64,000 nt of DNA from the human T2T-CHM13v2.0 reference genome, Homo sapiens. The notes beneath the pieces were generated by a model. That model was not told where the DNA came from. It did not search any database and saw only the letters and a list, made by a program, of their open reading frames with translations. Both the position numbers and the translations under genes were made by a program. This document shows positions 35,901 to 57,907 of this stretch, in pieces (position 1 is the first letter of the stretch; every line of letters begins with the position of its first letter). The DNA is taken from assembly GCF_009914755.1 (NCBI RefSeq), contig NC_060935.1; one strand, written 5' to 3'.

Positions 35901-36231
35901 TTATTTTCTCCTTTCATTTTTCTTTCCTTTTTAAAATTTATTTAATTTTTAAGCCTTTAAAAATTTTCAGTTGTATGCCTATTTCATTTATATTTTAAAA
36001 ACTTATACATTTAGGTCTATCAATGTACATTTTCATAAGGCTTTTGGGGTATCCTACCAGTTCTAATGTGGTAGTGTTGCCCTGTAAATGGACTAAAATT
36101 ATAATTTTACTTCTTTCTTTGATCTAATAGCCATTTAGGGTTATGTTTTAAAACATTTAGATCATCACAATTTTCTCTTTACCTTTGACTACATTATATT
36201 ACATTTTGACTGGAGGATTGTTCCATAAAAT

Positions 36232-36600
36232 TGTGTCATTTTGGAATGTATCAAGGTCTATCATGTGATCAATTTTTGTAAATATTCCATGGATTCCTGA
36301 AAGAAGTTGTTGGCATTTTTTAAAAATAGGGTGTAAAGTCTGAAATATATATATTTCAAGTTCAACAATTCCATGGATTCTGTGTCATTTTGGAATGCAT
36401 CAAGGTCTATCATGTGATCAATTTTTGTAAATATTCCATGGATTCCTGAAAGAAGTTGTTGGCATTTTTTAAAAATAGGATGTAAAGTCTGAAATATATC
36501 TATTTCAAGTTCAACAATTCCATGGATTCCTGAAAGAAGTTGTCAGCATTTTTAAAAAATAGGATGTAAAGTCTGAGATATATCTATTTCAAGTTCAACA
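36232..36600. repeat. Nested tandem duplication (149-bp and 84-bp periods)
   Basis: tgtgtcattttggaatg at 36232 and 36381; attccatggattc at 36284, 36368, 36433 and 36517. Confidence 0.92.
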
Positions 36601-36645
36601 TGTTAATTATAATATATGCATTGTTTAAATATATACTCACATATA

Positions 36646-36948
36646 GGCCAGATGTGATAATCCCAGCATTTTGAGTGGCCAAGGTGGGCAAATCACCTGA
36701 GCTCAGGAGTTCGAGACCAGCCTGGCCAACATGGTGAAACTTTGTCTTTACTAAAAATTCAAAAATTAGCCAGGCATGGTGGCGTGTGCCTGTAATCCCA
36801 GCTACTCAGGAGGCTGAGGCAGAAGAATTCACTTGAACCTGGGAGGTGGATGTTGCAGTGAGCCAAGATAGAGCCACTGTACTCCAGCCTGGGCAACAGA
36901 GCAAGACTCCCTCTCAAATAAATAAATAAATAAATAAAATAAATAAAT
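36646..36948 (+). mobile_element. AluS
   Basis: Sense Alu with a small left-arm deletion and (AAAT)n tail. Confidence 0.92.
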
Positions 36949-37146
36949 AGATACACACATATAATTTATTACATAGTAGTGTGTTTTCTTATTACAAGTG
37001 AATTTCTGTCCATTTATAGTCTTTTTTTTGTTTTAAATATTTCAATGCTATATCATTAACCCATGAAAAATAATTATTGTTAGCTCATCATTGTGGATTA
37101 TGTATAATTTAGTTTCTGGTCTCTATCAGGCATTCATCTCTTTCAG

Positions 37147-37205
37147 ATCTGCTAGACCAGGTGGATATCTATCAAGTTCTCTTTCTTTCCTGCAGAGTTA
37201 ACTAG
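37147..37205 (+). other. Candidate non-coding exon (59 nt; an alternative acceptor gives a 10-nt microexon 37196-37205)
   Basis: Acceptors catctctttcag| and ctctttctttcctgcag|; donor TAG|GTGAGT. Confidence 0.4.
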
Positions 37206-37920
37206 GTGAGTCTTTCACTTCTTAGGGAAGCTAAAGTAATAAAAAATAGAAACAAGTGAATCATTTGTAGTAAGAAATATAAATGGATGGAAGTCACCTA
37301 TTACAAGGGAAGGATAGGATTAAAACATCAAATCCAATTGTAAACAACTTAAAAAAATCTAATGAAATGAAGTACTATTAGTTAAAACTGGAAACAATTC
37401 AAATGGCTACCCACTGTAAAATGCTTAAGTAAATTTTGATATATTATACAATACAATATGGCAATGAAACCAACTAAAATAGACCTATACACAACAAATG
37501 GGCTGGATCTTAACCATCATGTTGAATGAAAGAAGCCAGAAAAAAAATTTATTGCTCTTTTATTTATACAAACTTCAAAAATCTTGCTCTTAGGGAGGTA
37601 TTTATAGGTATTAAAAGTCTAAAATAAAACCAAGAAGCATTCACTCTTAAGATGTGAGTAAAAAGGAGCATCTAAGATGCTGGTAAGATACTATTTCTTG
37701 ATTTGTGTGGTAGTTCTATGGGTATTTGCTTTATAAACATTAATCGTACTGTGCATAAAAACATTTTGTATGTGTAATATACTTCAAAGTTTTTTAAAAG
37801 ACAAATAAATTAAGAAGAAAAATAGCATAGGTAGGTGAAAGGATGAGGATATATAAAGTAAATAAAATATTTATATTTTATAAAGTAAATAAAAATTTTA
37901 TATTTATACTACATATATAA

Positions 37921-38233
<313 letters not shown>

Positions 38234-38339
38234 AATATATTCACTTTAAATACAAAACAAACAACAACAATAAAACAATTCAGAGGCAGAAATCATTTTC
38301 CTAACTTTAGTAGAAATAAAAAATCTTTATACCTGTTGA

Positions 38340-38660
38340 GCCTCAGTTATGTAAGATGAGTAAGTTCTAGAGATCTGTTGTACAACCTAGTATCTATAGT
38401 TAACAATATGGTATTGTGCACTTTAAAATATGTTTAAATAAATATGTTTAGGCCTCGTGTTAAGTGTTCTTCACACAAAAGCAAAACAAAACAAAATGTA
38501 AAAGAACATAAGAAAATTTTCGGAGGTGATAAACATATTTAGGGTCTTGATTGTGGTGATGGTATCATGGGTGTATATACATGTCAAAACTCATCAAATG
38601 TGTACATTTTTGTGCATCAATTTATATTTTTTTAATCTATCAGTTATACCTCTGTAAAGC
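38340..38660 (+). mobile_element. L1MA/L1MB 3' end
   Basis: gagtaagttctagagatctgttgtacaac...ggaggtgataaacatattt...cttgattgtggtgatggt. Confidence 0.75.
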
Positions 38661-40211
38661 TTAAACAGAAGAAATCAAATAAAATATCAAATAGCATAGA
38701 AAAGTCATTTTATATTATCATACTTCCTTATCTTTGTGCTTCAAAGGTAAGTATTTTTCTTTGAAAAAGATTTTTTCAAGATCCTTTGTTATTCTTTAAA
38801 TTTTAAAATTTTAATAACTTATGCCTTGAGGAGATTTCTGATCATTATCTTTATGAGAGTATGGTGATAAGCCCTAAAAAGCTAAAGCTTTGTTTTAGCT
38901 CTGGAAAACTGACTTTAATTACATCTTGAATAATGATTGCATTACATTTCATTTGATTTGATTCAGTTATCTTTGGGGGAACACCCACCATTTCTTGGAT
39001 GTCTTTTCACCATTTCACTTATCCTATAGTATCTATCTCCATTTTTTTCCCTGATTATTTTCATCTCTTTATTCATTTCTTATGCAATCTTAGATCGTTC
39101 CTCCAGTTTGTCTTCTGCATTACGTTGTAAAATTGTCTTTTAAAGCATAAATTTATTTTATCCCTTCTGCTTGGGTGTTAGTTTCATTGTACTTTCTTCT
39201 TGGCTGATCTTCTTACCAAGGCCCTTACTTGTTCAATGGAGGCAAGTCCTTATAGGAACAAAAGTAAAAATGTTGCAATTTTTCTTCTGTTTTAGAAAAG
39301 CCTTTTCTACTAAAGTATTTGGTCATTAAAAATGTTTTTCCTTGTACTGTAGAATTTCTTCATAGATATCACATTGATTTTGTTCTATTACTGATCCTTG
39401 AAAGAGGAGAATTCTATGTAGAGCTAGTAGTGTTAAAGAACAGTATGCTGCCTATTTCTCCTATCACCATTCAGGGTGCCATCCAGGGGCCAGCTGCAGT
39501 CCCAAATGCTAGCTGCAGCTCCTGCTTGGGTGTAAAGCCCAAATCTACCACATATAGAAAAGGCAATGCTAGCTTTCTTTCCAAATGCAAAAGCAAACAA
39601 ACTCACATTGAAATTGTTCTTGCTCTATTCGATAGGTTATTATTTGGAAGAATAAGAGCAAATGGGGTAGGTTTTTGGTTTGTTGTACACTTTGCAGGTT
39701 CCTTTTAGTTTCACGCATTTTCTTTTAGATGGTAAAACAAATACATGTTCATTGAACTCAGCATAAATCTTACATGCGTCTAAAGCTGCAGTTACGAAAA
39801 GGCACAGTGAAGTTTTCGAGCGGTTTTTTGAGGAGTCTTTAACCTTTTTTCCTCTGGCTGATTTCTTGGTTAGTGCAGTGATGCGTGGCTGAAATAAATT
39901 TTTATTCTTGCCTTTGAAGTCTGCTTCTCAAATACTTGTGACAGCTTCTTATCTGAGGCGGATTTTCAATTCAGCTTCATGCTCCAAAGCCTTTTTGCTC
40001 TGGGCTGCCCAGTTCATCAGGGTCACCTCCCTTCCCACCCATCTCCAAGCTGGAACCTGTCCATGGGGCTGTCCTGTCGCTCAGGAAGAGGCCTCAATTC
40101 AATCATTAATGCACTTTCTCTTTTCTCCCTCCCCTTACTTCTCAGTCTTTTTCTTCTGTTTTTCTTCCAGGCAATTTTCTCTGCAAAAATTGATGAATGG
40201 ATTGAGACTCT

Positions 40212-40590
40212 TGTGGATTGAATTGTGTACCCCTCACATTTGTGTACCCCTCACATTGAAGCCCAACCCCAGTGTTATTGTATTTAGAGATCAGGCTTTT
40301 AGAAGGTAATTAAGATTAAAGGCGGTCATAAGGGTGGGGTCTTAACCCAATAAGACTGGTATCCTTATAAGGAAAGAGAAACACCACCAGGGATGCATGC
40401 ACAGAGGGCTATGGAAGAACGCAGCGAGAAGGCAGTCATCTGCAACCCAAAGGGAGAGGCCTCAAGAGAAACCAGGCCTGCTGACACTTTGGTCTTTGTC
40501 TTCCAGCCTCTGGAAGTGTCAGAAATAAATGCTTGTTTAAGCCATCCAGTCTGTGGTGTTTTGTTATGGCAGCCCTAGGTGACTAATATA
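40212..40590 (+). mobile_element. MLT1A/B solo LTR
   Basis: ggattgaattgtgtacccc...ggcagccctaggtgactaata. Confidence 0.85.
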
Positions 40591-40654
40591 GACTCTGTCT
40601 ACCCATCATCTGCTAATCTTTAGAGACTTCTTCTGGGGATCTTGCATATGTCCA

Positions 40655-40953
40655 GTTTTTTTTGTTTTTAGTTTTTTCGAGACAGAGTCTTGCTCTGTTG
40701 CCCAGGCTGGAGTACAGTGGCACCATCTCAGCTCACTGAAACCTCTGTCTCCCAGGTTCAAGCGATTCTCCTGCCTCAGCCTCCAGAGTGGCTGGGACTA
40801 CAGGTACCTGCCACCACGCCTGGCGATATTTTTAGTAGAGACAGGGTTTCACTACATTGGCCAGGCTGGCCTTGAACTCCTAACCTCAGGTGATCTGCCC
40901 ACCTCGGCCTCCCAAAATATTGAGGTTACAGGCATAAGCCATTGCACCCAGCC
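40655..40953 (-). mobile_element. AluS
   Basis: Antisense Alu; TSD ccagttttt. Confidence 0.92.
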
Positions 40954-41189
40954 CCAGTTTTTATTACTAATATCAAGTACTGCTGAAATTTTCTCTCCTT
41001 TTGAATGTAAATCACAGGTATTTTAAAGGGACATTTGGGAAAGAAGAATTCATTTGGTCTTCTATGAATCTCCTCTGAAACATTTCTTTTAGTTTCTGTC
41101 ATGTCACTTAGCAGTTATGTTCTATTTTGTTCCATCCATTAATAGCAATAGCTTTAATATCATCTGCTCAATTAACCTGTAGCTTGCAA

Positions 41190-42047
<858 letters not shown>

Positions 42048-42199
42048 GTTCATTGGTTTAAATCCTCAAATTGGACTCAGGGGCACAGTGATCTTGATCC
42101 TTTCTGTTTCCTACCTAGGTTTAAACGTGAATTCAGATTCCACAAGGTGTGAGAAAAGAGGGATTGGGGCCCTCTCCCAACAGACATGAGTATTTAGGA

Positions 42200-42570
42200 G
42201 TCCCCAGTTCCGGTTTCCACATGACATGATATGCTGGTCTGTTGTTTTCCTCAGGGACCTAGAGGCAGATGTAGACAAATAGCAGGTGAGGAGGAAGGGT
42301 GGTGCTGAGCTGTAAACAACAGCTGCGGGCTGTAAACAATGGAGCTATATTAAGAAAGTCCTGCATCTGCAGCATTCGGTTCAATCCTGCCACCCACTGG
42401 GCGTACTCCTGAATTGACTTTCCATTGTCAGCTGATCAGTGACAGATGTGAAATGACTCGTTACACACACAGGTCACATTGGGAGGATTCTTAGACGTCA
42501 TATTCTTTGGTGCTTCACAAAGTCTTACTGTGGCACATGAAATGATTTCAGATGGTGCACAAGATGATTT
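42200..42570. promoter_or_regulatory. Candidate lymphoid enhancer (E-box/FOXO/EBF/ETS cluster)
   Basis: Six CA(G/T)(A/C/G)TG E-boxes in 42266-42448, two TGTAAACAA, TCCTCAGGGA, GAGGAAG and TTCCGG, in unique sequence between two LTRs. Confidence 0.65.
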
Positions 42571-42709
42571 CACATGGACATATATTAATGTTGAACACAC
42601 ATTAACACTGAATTGCATTTCCAATATTCTTTCCATCTTTTTGGTTTTGGGATGGAGAAAGTATCTGTTTAGTGCTGGTAGGCCTTTTGACACTTCTGTT
42701 TATATTCAC

Positions 42710-43319
42710 TAAAGGAAATAATGTATACAGTGGTCCATATCCAAGACAAAGTGCCTTGAATTGGCTTAGGTCAGCAAACGACATAAGAAACAGGAAATAC
42801 TAGGCCCTTGCTTGGATAGCCGATGCCTGCTTGTTGGTCTCTCCCTTCTCCCTGTTGCCCCCACTCTTAGTTGCCCTCACCCGAACCAAAAGTTTAGTCT
42901 AATATAAAAGCGTGCTAGCCTGCAAAGTAGTTCATTCCGTCTGTTCTTAATCAGCCTTCCCAGCTACTTAGGTTATAAGTCAAATACTTGAAGAGCTTCT
43001 GAGCTAACTAGGATTGCAATACATTGTGGGCTGCAACAAAATGCAGCAAGACGACCCTAAAAAAAAACCACCTACCGCCCCTACCCAACTATCAATAGGC
43101 AATATCTGGGAAGATTGTGACCCCATAGTACTCAGCCTATGAGGAGCAGTGGGAGGGACCTGCGCACTAGGGGATAAATTGCTTGTTGAAACTGTGCTGG
43201 GTGTGCCTGCCTATCAGACACCCGATCTTGCAAGACTGTCATTAAAAGTCTCACTTTCACTGTTCTTGAGGCCTCTGAGTTCATTGTTTGGGTTTGGACG
43301 GATGAGTTTGTTTCTCACA
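42710..43319 (+). mobile_element. ERV solo LTR, 610 bp (possibly LTR26-like)
   Basis: Ends ...gtttgtttctcaca; 5-bp TSD TTCAC (42705-42709 and 43320-43324); ATTAAA near the 3' end. Confidence 0.8.
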
Positions 43320-45284
43320 TTCACTATCTTCCCTCTCTTTATTAGAGAGCATTCTCTCTCCTACATTGTATTTCTTCTACTACCATTTGATATCATATAA
43401 AAGTCCTTCTTTATATGAATTAATTTAGCTGAACAAAGTGAGTCTCTTTAAAGACAAATATTAAATACATAACGCTGCAGGTGATATCTGGATAAGGGAA
43501 TGATTGTGAAGGTTGTACACAGGGTAACATAGAGATGCTTGCATAGTTTATTATCGACCTCTATCTCCTCCTCTTTCCTTCTACACACAAAGAAACTGAG
43601 GCCTCTTTTGGAATGTTTTGCTGAGAGGCTGAGTTGGGAAAGTTGGGATAGACAGTGAACTAGTGGCATCTGTTATGACCAAGATGCCCAAGAGGAAGAG
43701 GGGCTGCCCCAGAAGTAACCAGAGCTTGGCATCTCTATGGATCTGGATCATGCCTGCTGTACAGAAAAGGTCTCTGACCAGCCACTCCTTTGCTTGTTCC
43801 CAGAAGACAGGGAGAAGAACAGTGAGAGGAGAATTGGGAGTGTGGCCTCCGAGGCATTGAATGGTACAGAAAACAGGGGACTTTCAGTCATATGAACTAG
43901 CCGTGCCACATGCAGGCAATAAAGCTTGGTGTCAATGGTTGTTGAGCTTGGGGCGATAAACCATGTTTTGAATTTTTTCCTTTTAATCAATCACATAATT
44001 ATTGCTCTATATGTTATATACCTCCAGTGTAAAAAAAATAGAAAAAAACCTTATATATAAAATTCACATGCAAAATATTTACAGATCTCAGTTGTGCAAA
44101 TAAGTCCATTTCTTTATTTTCCTAAGCCAGCTGAAACTCCATTAGGAATCCCCATCAACTCAAAGGCAGGAAAAATTAATCTAATCAGTGCCTCGTTTTC
44201 TCTGTCACTTCAGATTTGAACGAGTCACTACTGGATCTTCTTCCCCCATCTCCTTCTTCCTTGGTGACTCCTACATTTCTGACATTATGGCTCAGGGATG
44301 GCAGATAGGGAACTGGCTAACATCCTCTCAGGGTCTCAGATGCTGGCTGACCCTCTCAGGGTCTTAGGTATAGCCTTGATTAGACCCCAGTCTCTGTGGA
44401 CATCACCCTGGTCATCTGACTGTACCTCTGCCTCCTCCTTCTCTTTGGAAGTGTGAGGTTGCCTCTCAACTACTTCTGTGTCCTTTTCACCAGTCCAGCA
44501 TCAGAGAACCCACGGTATGCTTGCCTCATCCCTCTGATGCCCTGTACCCCACACGGCTTTACTGCCTCTGCTGCTGCCAGGCCACATGCCGGCATGCCAT
44601 AGCAGAACTGTGGGGTTTGCTCACTTTTCCAGGCTCTACCCGAAAAATCAGACCCTCCCCGCCCTCAGATCCCAAAGCTTATTGGGAGGTGGTTCTGTTG
44701 TGGCACTTACCCTGCTCTTGACTGAGTTAGAAGTGCAGCTTGGGCACAGGGGCCCTTCTTGGAGGCGCTTACCAGCCTCTCTCTTGTTTGGCCTCTCTCT
44801 TCCATCTCTCCTTCTAACCTCCTTCTCTAGCTCAAGAAATATTGATAACATGCGGGAATAAAATGACTTACCTCTTAGTCCAGATTTATTATTTATGGAA
44901 TACACTAAATTCAGAAGGCCTAGGTTAAGGCAAATCAACCTTTTTGGGGGGAACTTCTTTTCTGTGTAATGAGTGTCAACAGACTAATTAGAAGATGCTA
45001 TAAAGATTTGTGGACAAGTTTTTATGTGGACATAGTATTCATTTCTCTGGGATAAATGGCCAGAAGCGCAATTCCTTGGTTTTATGGTAGTTGCATGTTT
45101 GATGTTTTCCAATTTAATAGACATTAAAAAAGAGTTTCAAAGATACAGAGAAATTGAGAAGATAGTACAGAGAATTCTCTCATAGCCCTACCTGGTTTCC
45201 TTTATTAACAAATTATATACATATGGAACATTTTCCACAATTCATGAACCAGTAAACTTCCTTTAGCCACTTTTTTAGGGTAGG

Positions 45285-45600
45285 TACAATTGGCTGAATA
45301 ATGGCCCTCAGAGATATCAGGGCTTAATCCCTGGGACCTATAAACGTGGCAGAGATGGCAGATGTGATCAAGTTAAAGATTTTAAGTTAAGGAGGTTGTC
45401 CTGCATCATCCAGATGGACCCCAAATACAATCCTAAGTGTTCTTATCAGAGAAGAAGGGGGATTATTAACATAGAAGGGTCGACAAGGAGACTACTGAGG
45501 CAGAGATTGGAGTGGTGTAGCCACTCTGATAGAACACAAAGAAAGCAGCTCTAGGGGCTGGAGATAAGGAACGAATTCCACCCTAGAACCTTTCAAAATT
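45285..45600 (+). mobile_element. MLT1 LTR fragment
   Basis: ggctgaataatggccctcagagatatc...ggcagagattggagtggtgtagcca. Confidence 0.65.
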
Positions 45601-45856
45601 GAAATGGTACCAGAGGAATCTAAGAATTTCTCTCTAGTCTAGTTCCCCTTTCTGAAGACAGCCAGTGTTAACAGGTCCTTGTGCATCTTTCCAGAGATAT
45701 CTGATGCATATATAAGCAAAATATATGTTTCTATATTTTCCCTCTCTTTTCACCCAAATGATGTCATGTACATTGTTCTGTATCCTGCTTTTTCCCACTA
45801 ACAATAACTCTTGAAGACCGTTGCATTTAAGTAGTTTTCTTTTTCTTTTTAATGGT

Positions 45857-46207
45857 TGATGTGGTCTGGCTACGTGTCCTCACCCAAATCTCGTCTAGAA
45901 TTGTAATCCTCATGTGTCGAGGGAGGGACCCTGTGGGAGGTGATTGGATCATGGCGGGGCTTCCCCCATTCTGTTCTCATGATTGTGAAGGAGTTCTCAT
46001 GAGATCTGATGGTTTAAAAGTGTGTGGCGGATCCCCCCTCGTTCTCTCTTTTCTGCAACCATGCTTCCCCTTTGCCTTCTGCCATGATTGTAAGTTTCCT
46101 GAGGCCTCTTCAGCCGTGTGGAACTGTGAGTCAATTAAACCTCTTCTCTTTGTAAATTACCCAGTCTCAGGTAGTTCTTTATAGCAGCGTGAGAATGGAC
46201 TAATACA
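45857..46207 (+). mobile_element. THE1D/MSTA-like solo LTR
   Basis: TGATGTGG...GACTAATACA with TSD ATGGT (45852-45856 and 46208-46212). Confidence 0.9.
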
Positions 46208-46407
46208 ATGGTTGCATTACATTCCGTTGAAAAGATAGATTAGAATTTATTTATCCAGTGACAACTTTAGCTGTTCTCAGTATTTTATTATTACAAACAG
46301 AACTTCAATAAATAATTTTTTACACATATCTTTTTTTGCATTAAAGTATATCTGAATATTCTTGGGATAAATTAAATAGATGTGGAATTTGTAGATCAAA
46401 CAGTGAG

Positions 46408-46773
46408 TGCATGGGCTGAATTGTGTCCCCCCAAAATTCACATGTTAAAGCTTTAACCTCCAATCTGTCTGTGTTTAAAGATAGGATATATGAAGAGGGA
46501 GTTAAGATTAAGGGAGGTTATAAGGGTGGGCTTGAATTCAATGTGACTGGTGTCACATTTGTAAGAAGAGAAAGAGACACCAAGAAAGTGAGTCATAGAG
46601 AAAAGACCATATGAGGGCACAGCAAGATGGTCATCAGCAAGCCAAGGAGAGAGGTCTCACCAGAAACCAATTCTCCTGACACTGTGACCTCCAGAACTGT
46701 GAGAAAATAAATTTCTGTTATTTAGGCCACCCAGACTGTGATATTTTGTCACAAAAGCCCTAGAAGACAAACA
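46408..46773 (+). mobile_element. MLT1A/B solo LTR
   Basis: atgggctgaattgtgtccccccaaaattcacatgtt...cctccagaactgtgagaaaataaatttctg. Confidence 0.85.
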
Positions 46774-46942
46774 GTGAATATGTAATTTTGACAATTATTG
46801 CCAAATTGCTGTCCATACAAGTTGGATCACTTTGTACTTTTTCCAGCTTCTGTTCTTCTATTGGCAGACATTTAGGCCATTTTCAACAGATTATAACAAA
46901 CCATGATGCAATTAACATTATAAACTTAAAAAAATAAAGTTT

Positions 46943-51452
<4,510 letters not shown>

Positions 51453-51704
51453 GGTTTTTGGTTTTCCAGTTAAGAATTGTATACCAAATCAAAAGATGGT
51501 CAGTTAATTGCTTTAATCAGGAATCCAAATTTGACCTACCCTAAGAGAAAAAAAGAGACTTATTTAGAACATCAAAGAGGCTCTAAAATTCCAAACATAC
51601 CATGGATTGACCTGAACTTTTCCTTATGAGGTGACCCCACATTTTTAGAAAGGCATAGCTTCTAAGGACTAGTCACAATGGCAGAAGAAAAGATCTTCAC
51701 ATAT

Positions 51705-52230
51705 ATTGGTTAGGACTTATGGTTTTGAGGGTTAGATGACCCAAATTCAACTTGGGTTAAACAGGAAATGGAATTGCTTGACTCTTATTACAGAGAAGCC
51801 TGTGAAGTTGGAGTTTATTTCAGGCATAGCTGTGTCCAAGAGTTTAAATGATGTCATCAGTCTTTTCTCAGTGCCTTTTTCCTTCTCTTGCCTAGTTGGA
51901 CTTAATTCTCATGTAGGTTTTTCTCATAAGATAGCATGATGGACTTTGGCAGCTCCAAGCATATGAGATCCTTTGGTATCACAGACTAAGAGAGAAAAAA
52001 GTGTCCTTTCTCTCTATTGTTCATATCAATCCCACAGAAGTACTCTGCCTACTTGGGTCATGTGACTAACCCTGGATCCATCACTTTATCTAAGGAATTG
52101 GGAACTTTTGATTGGCTGGCCTTGGTTCAGTGAAGGAGGCAGGGCCAGATGACTGATAGCAACGTCAGATTTACTATGAAAGAGGAGGTTGTTCTCAGTT
52201 GGCAAAAGTATTGGACAGATAGGAAAGTAA
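51705..52230. mobile_element. Old MLT1 LTR
   Basis: cttgggtcatgtgactaaccctggatccatcact...ttgattggctggccttgg. Confidence 0.55.
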
Positions 52231-53350
52231 CTGATAGCAACTCTCCTACAGAATATCAAATTGTAGTCAGAATGTTGCTTAGTGAGAATGCAGTCAAAGC
52301 AAAAGGATTTAGTTGGATGATTAAAAAGTGCAGTAAATTCAGACAATGATAATTTTAGGTATTCTTCTAGCTGTATGTGCCTCAATGATAAGAAAGTGGC
52401 AGTTTTTGGATTTATGACTCCCTTCCTTTGGCATGTGTATGTGTGTATCATAGGTCTTTCTGATTATAATTTTCTAAGTTTCCACTAATGGCTATATTAG
52501 TTTTCTAGGGCTACCATAACAAAGTATCATAGAGTAGGTAGCTTAAACAACCAACGTTTATTTTCTCACAATTTTGGAGGCTAGAAGTTTGAGATTAAGG
52601 TGTTAGTGGAATTGGTTTCTCTGAGGTCTCTCCTTGGCTTGTAGATGGTCATATTTTCTCTTTGTTTTCACATTGTCTTCCCTCTGTGTGTGTCTGTGTT
52701 CTAATCTCTTTTTCTAAGATCACCAGTCATATTGAATTAGGGCTCACCTAATGACCTCATTTTAACTTAATTACTTCTTTTTTTTTTTTTTTTTTATTAT
52801 ACTCTAAGTTTTAGGGTACATGTGCACATTGTGCAGGTTAGTTACATATGTATACATGTGCCATGCTGGTGCACTGCACCCACTAATGTGTCATCTAGCA
52901 TTAGGTATATCTCCCAATGCTATCCCTCCCCCCTCCCCTGACCCCACCACAGTCCCCAGAGTGTGATATTCCCCTTCCTGTGTCCATGTGATCTCATTGT
53001 TCAATTCCCACCTATGAGTGAGAATATGCGGTGTTTGTTTTTTGTTCTTGCGATAGTTTACTGAGAATGATGGTTTCCAATTTCATCCATGTCCCTACAA
53101 AGGATATGAACTCATCATTTTTTATGGCTGCATAGTATTCCATGGTGTATATGTGCCACATTTTCTTAATCCAGTCTATCATTGTTGGACATTTGGGTTG
53201 GTTCCAAGTCTTTGCTATTGTGAATAGTGCCGCAATAAACATACGTGTGCATGTGTCTTTATAGCAGCATGATTTATACTCATTTGGGTATATACCCAGT
53301 AATGGGATGGCTGGGTCAAATGGTATTTCTAGTTCTAGATCCCTGAGGAA

Positions 53351-56851
<3,501 letters not shown>

Positions 56852-56890
56852 TCATTAGTTGATGCAGTTTCTTCCTAGTCTCGATGGTCT

Positions 56891-57907
56891 TTACATTTTG
56901 GCATGATTTTGCAGCGGCTGGTACCGGTTGTTCCTTTCCATGTTTAGCGCTTCCTTCAGGAGCTCTTTTAGGGCAGGCCTGGTGGTGACAAAATCTCTCA
57001 GCATTTGCTTGTCTATAAAGTATTTTATTTCTCCTTCACTTATGAAGCTTAGTTTGGCTGGATATGAAATTCTGGGTTGAAAATTCTTTTCTTTAAGAAT
57101 GTTGAATATTGGCCCCCACTCTCTTCTGGCTTGTAGGGTTTCTGCCGAGAGATCCGCTGTTAGTCTGATGGGCTTTCCTTTGAGGGTAACCCGACCTTTC
57201 TCTCTGGCTGCCCTTAACATTTTTTCCTTCATTTCAACTTTGGTGAATCTGACAATTATGTGTCTTGGAGTTGCTCTTCTCGAGGAGTATCTTTGTGGCG
57301 TTCTCTGTATTTCCTGAATCTGAACGTTGGCCTGCCTTGCTAGATTGGGGAAGTTCTCCTGGATAATATCCTGCAGAGTGTTTTCCAACTTGGTTCCATT
57401 CTCCACATCACTTTCAGGTACACCAATCAGACGTAGATTTGGTCTTTTCACATAGTCCCATATTTCTTGGAGGCTTTGCTCATTTCTTTTTATTCTTTTT
57501 TCTCTAAACTTCCCTTCTCGCTTCATTTCATTCATTTCATCTTCCATTGCTGATACCCTTTCTTCCAGTTGATCGCATCGGCTCCTGAGGCTTCTGCATT
57601 CTTCACGTAGTTCTCGAGCCTTGGTTTTCAGCTCCATCAGCTCCTTTAAGCACTTCTCTGTATTGGTTATTCTAGTTATACATTCTTCTAAATTTTTTTC
57701 AAAGTTTTCAACTTCTTTGCCTTTGGTTTGAATGTCCTCCCATAGCTCAGAGTAATTTGATCGTCTGAAGCCTTCTTCTCTCAGCTCGTCAAAATCATTC
57801 TCCATCCAGCTTTGTTCTGTTGCTGGTGAGGAACTGCGTTCCTTTGGAGGAGGAGAGGCGCTCTGCGTTTTAGAGTTTCCAGTTTTTCTGTTCTGTTTTT
57901 TCCCCAT
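56891..57907 (-). CDS. L1 ORF1p, intact 338 aa
   Basis: MGKKQNRKTGNSKTQSASPPPKERSSSP...; REKG, ARR and YPAKLS motifs intact; W at position 56 where the consensus has R. Confidence 0.97.
   Translation of the reverse strand: MGKKQNRKTGNSKTQSASPPPKERSSSPATEQSWMENDFDELREEGFRRSNYSELWEDIQTKGKEVENFEKNLEECITRITNTEKCLKELMELKTKARELREECRSLRSRCDQLEERVSAMEDEMNEMKREGKFREKRIKRNEQSLQEIWDYVKRPNLRLIGVPESDVENGTKLENTLQDIIQENFPNLARQANVQIQEIQRTPQRYSSRRATPRHIIVRFTKVEMKEKMLRAAREKGRVTLKGKPIRLTADLSAETLQARREWGPIFNILKEKNFQPRISYPAKLSFISEGEIKYFIDKQMLRDFVTTRPALKELLKEALNMERNNRYQPLQNHAKM

Noticed and set aside
39803-39830. CACAGTG + 12 bp + GGTTTTTTG resembling a 12-RSS
   Set aside because: The nonamer-like sequence is in the wrong orientation (ACAAAAACC is needed after the spacer); probably chance.
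39319-40309. 129-aa and 133-aa ORFs in fairly unique sequence
   Set aside because: Non-ATG starts, no recognisable homology or exon structure; the second runs into an MLT1 LTR.
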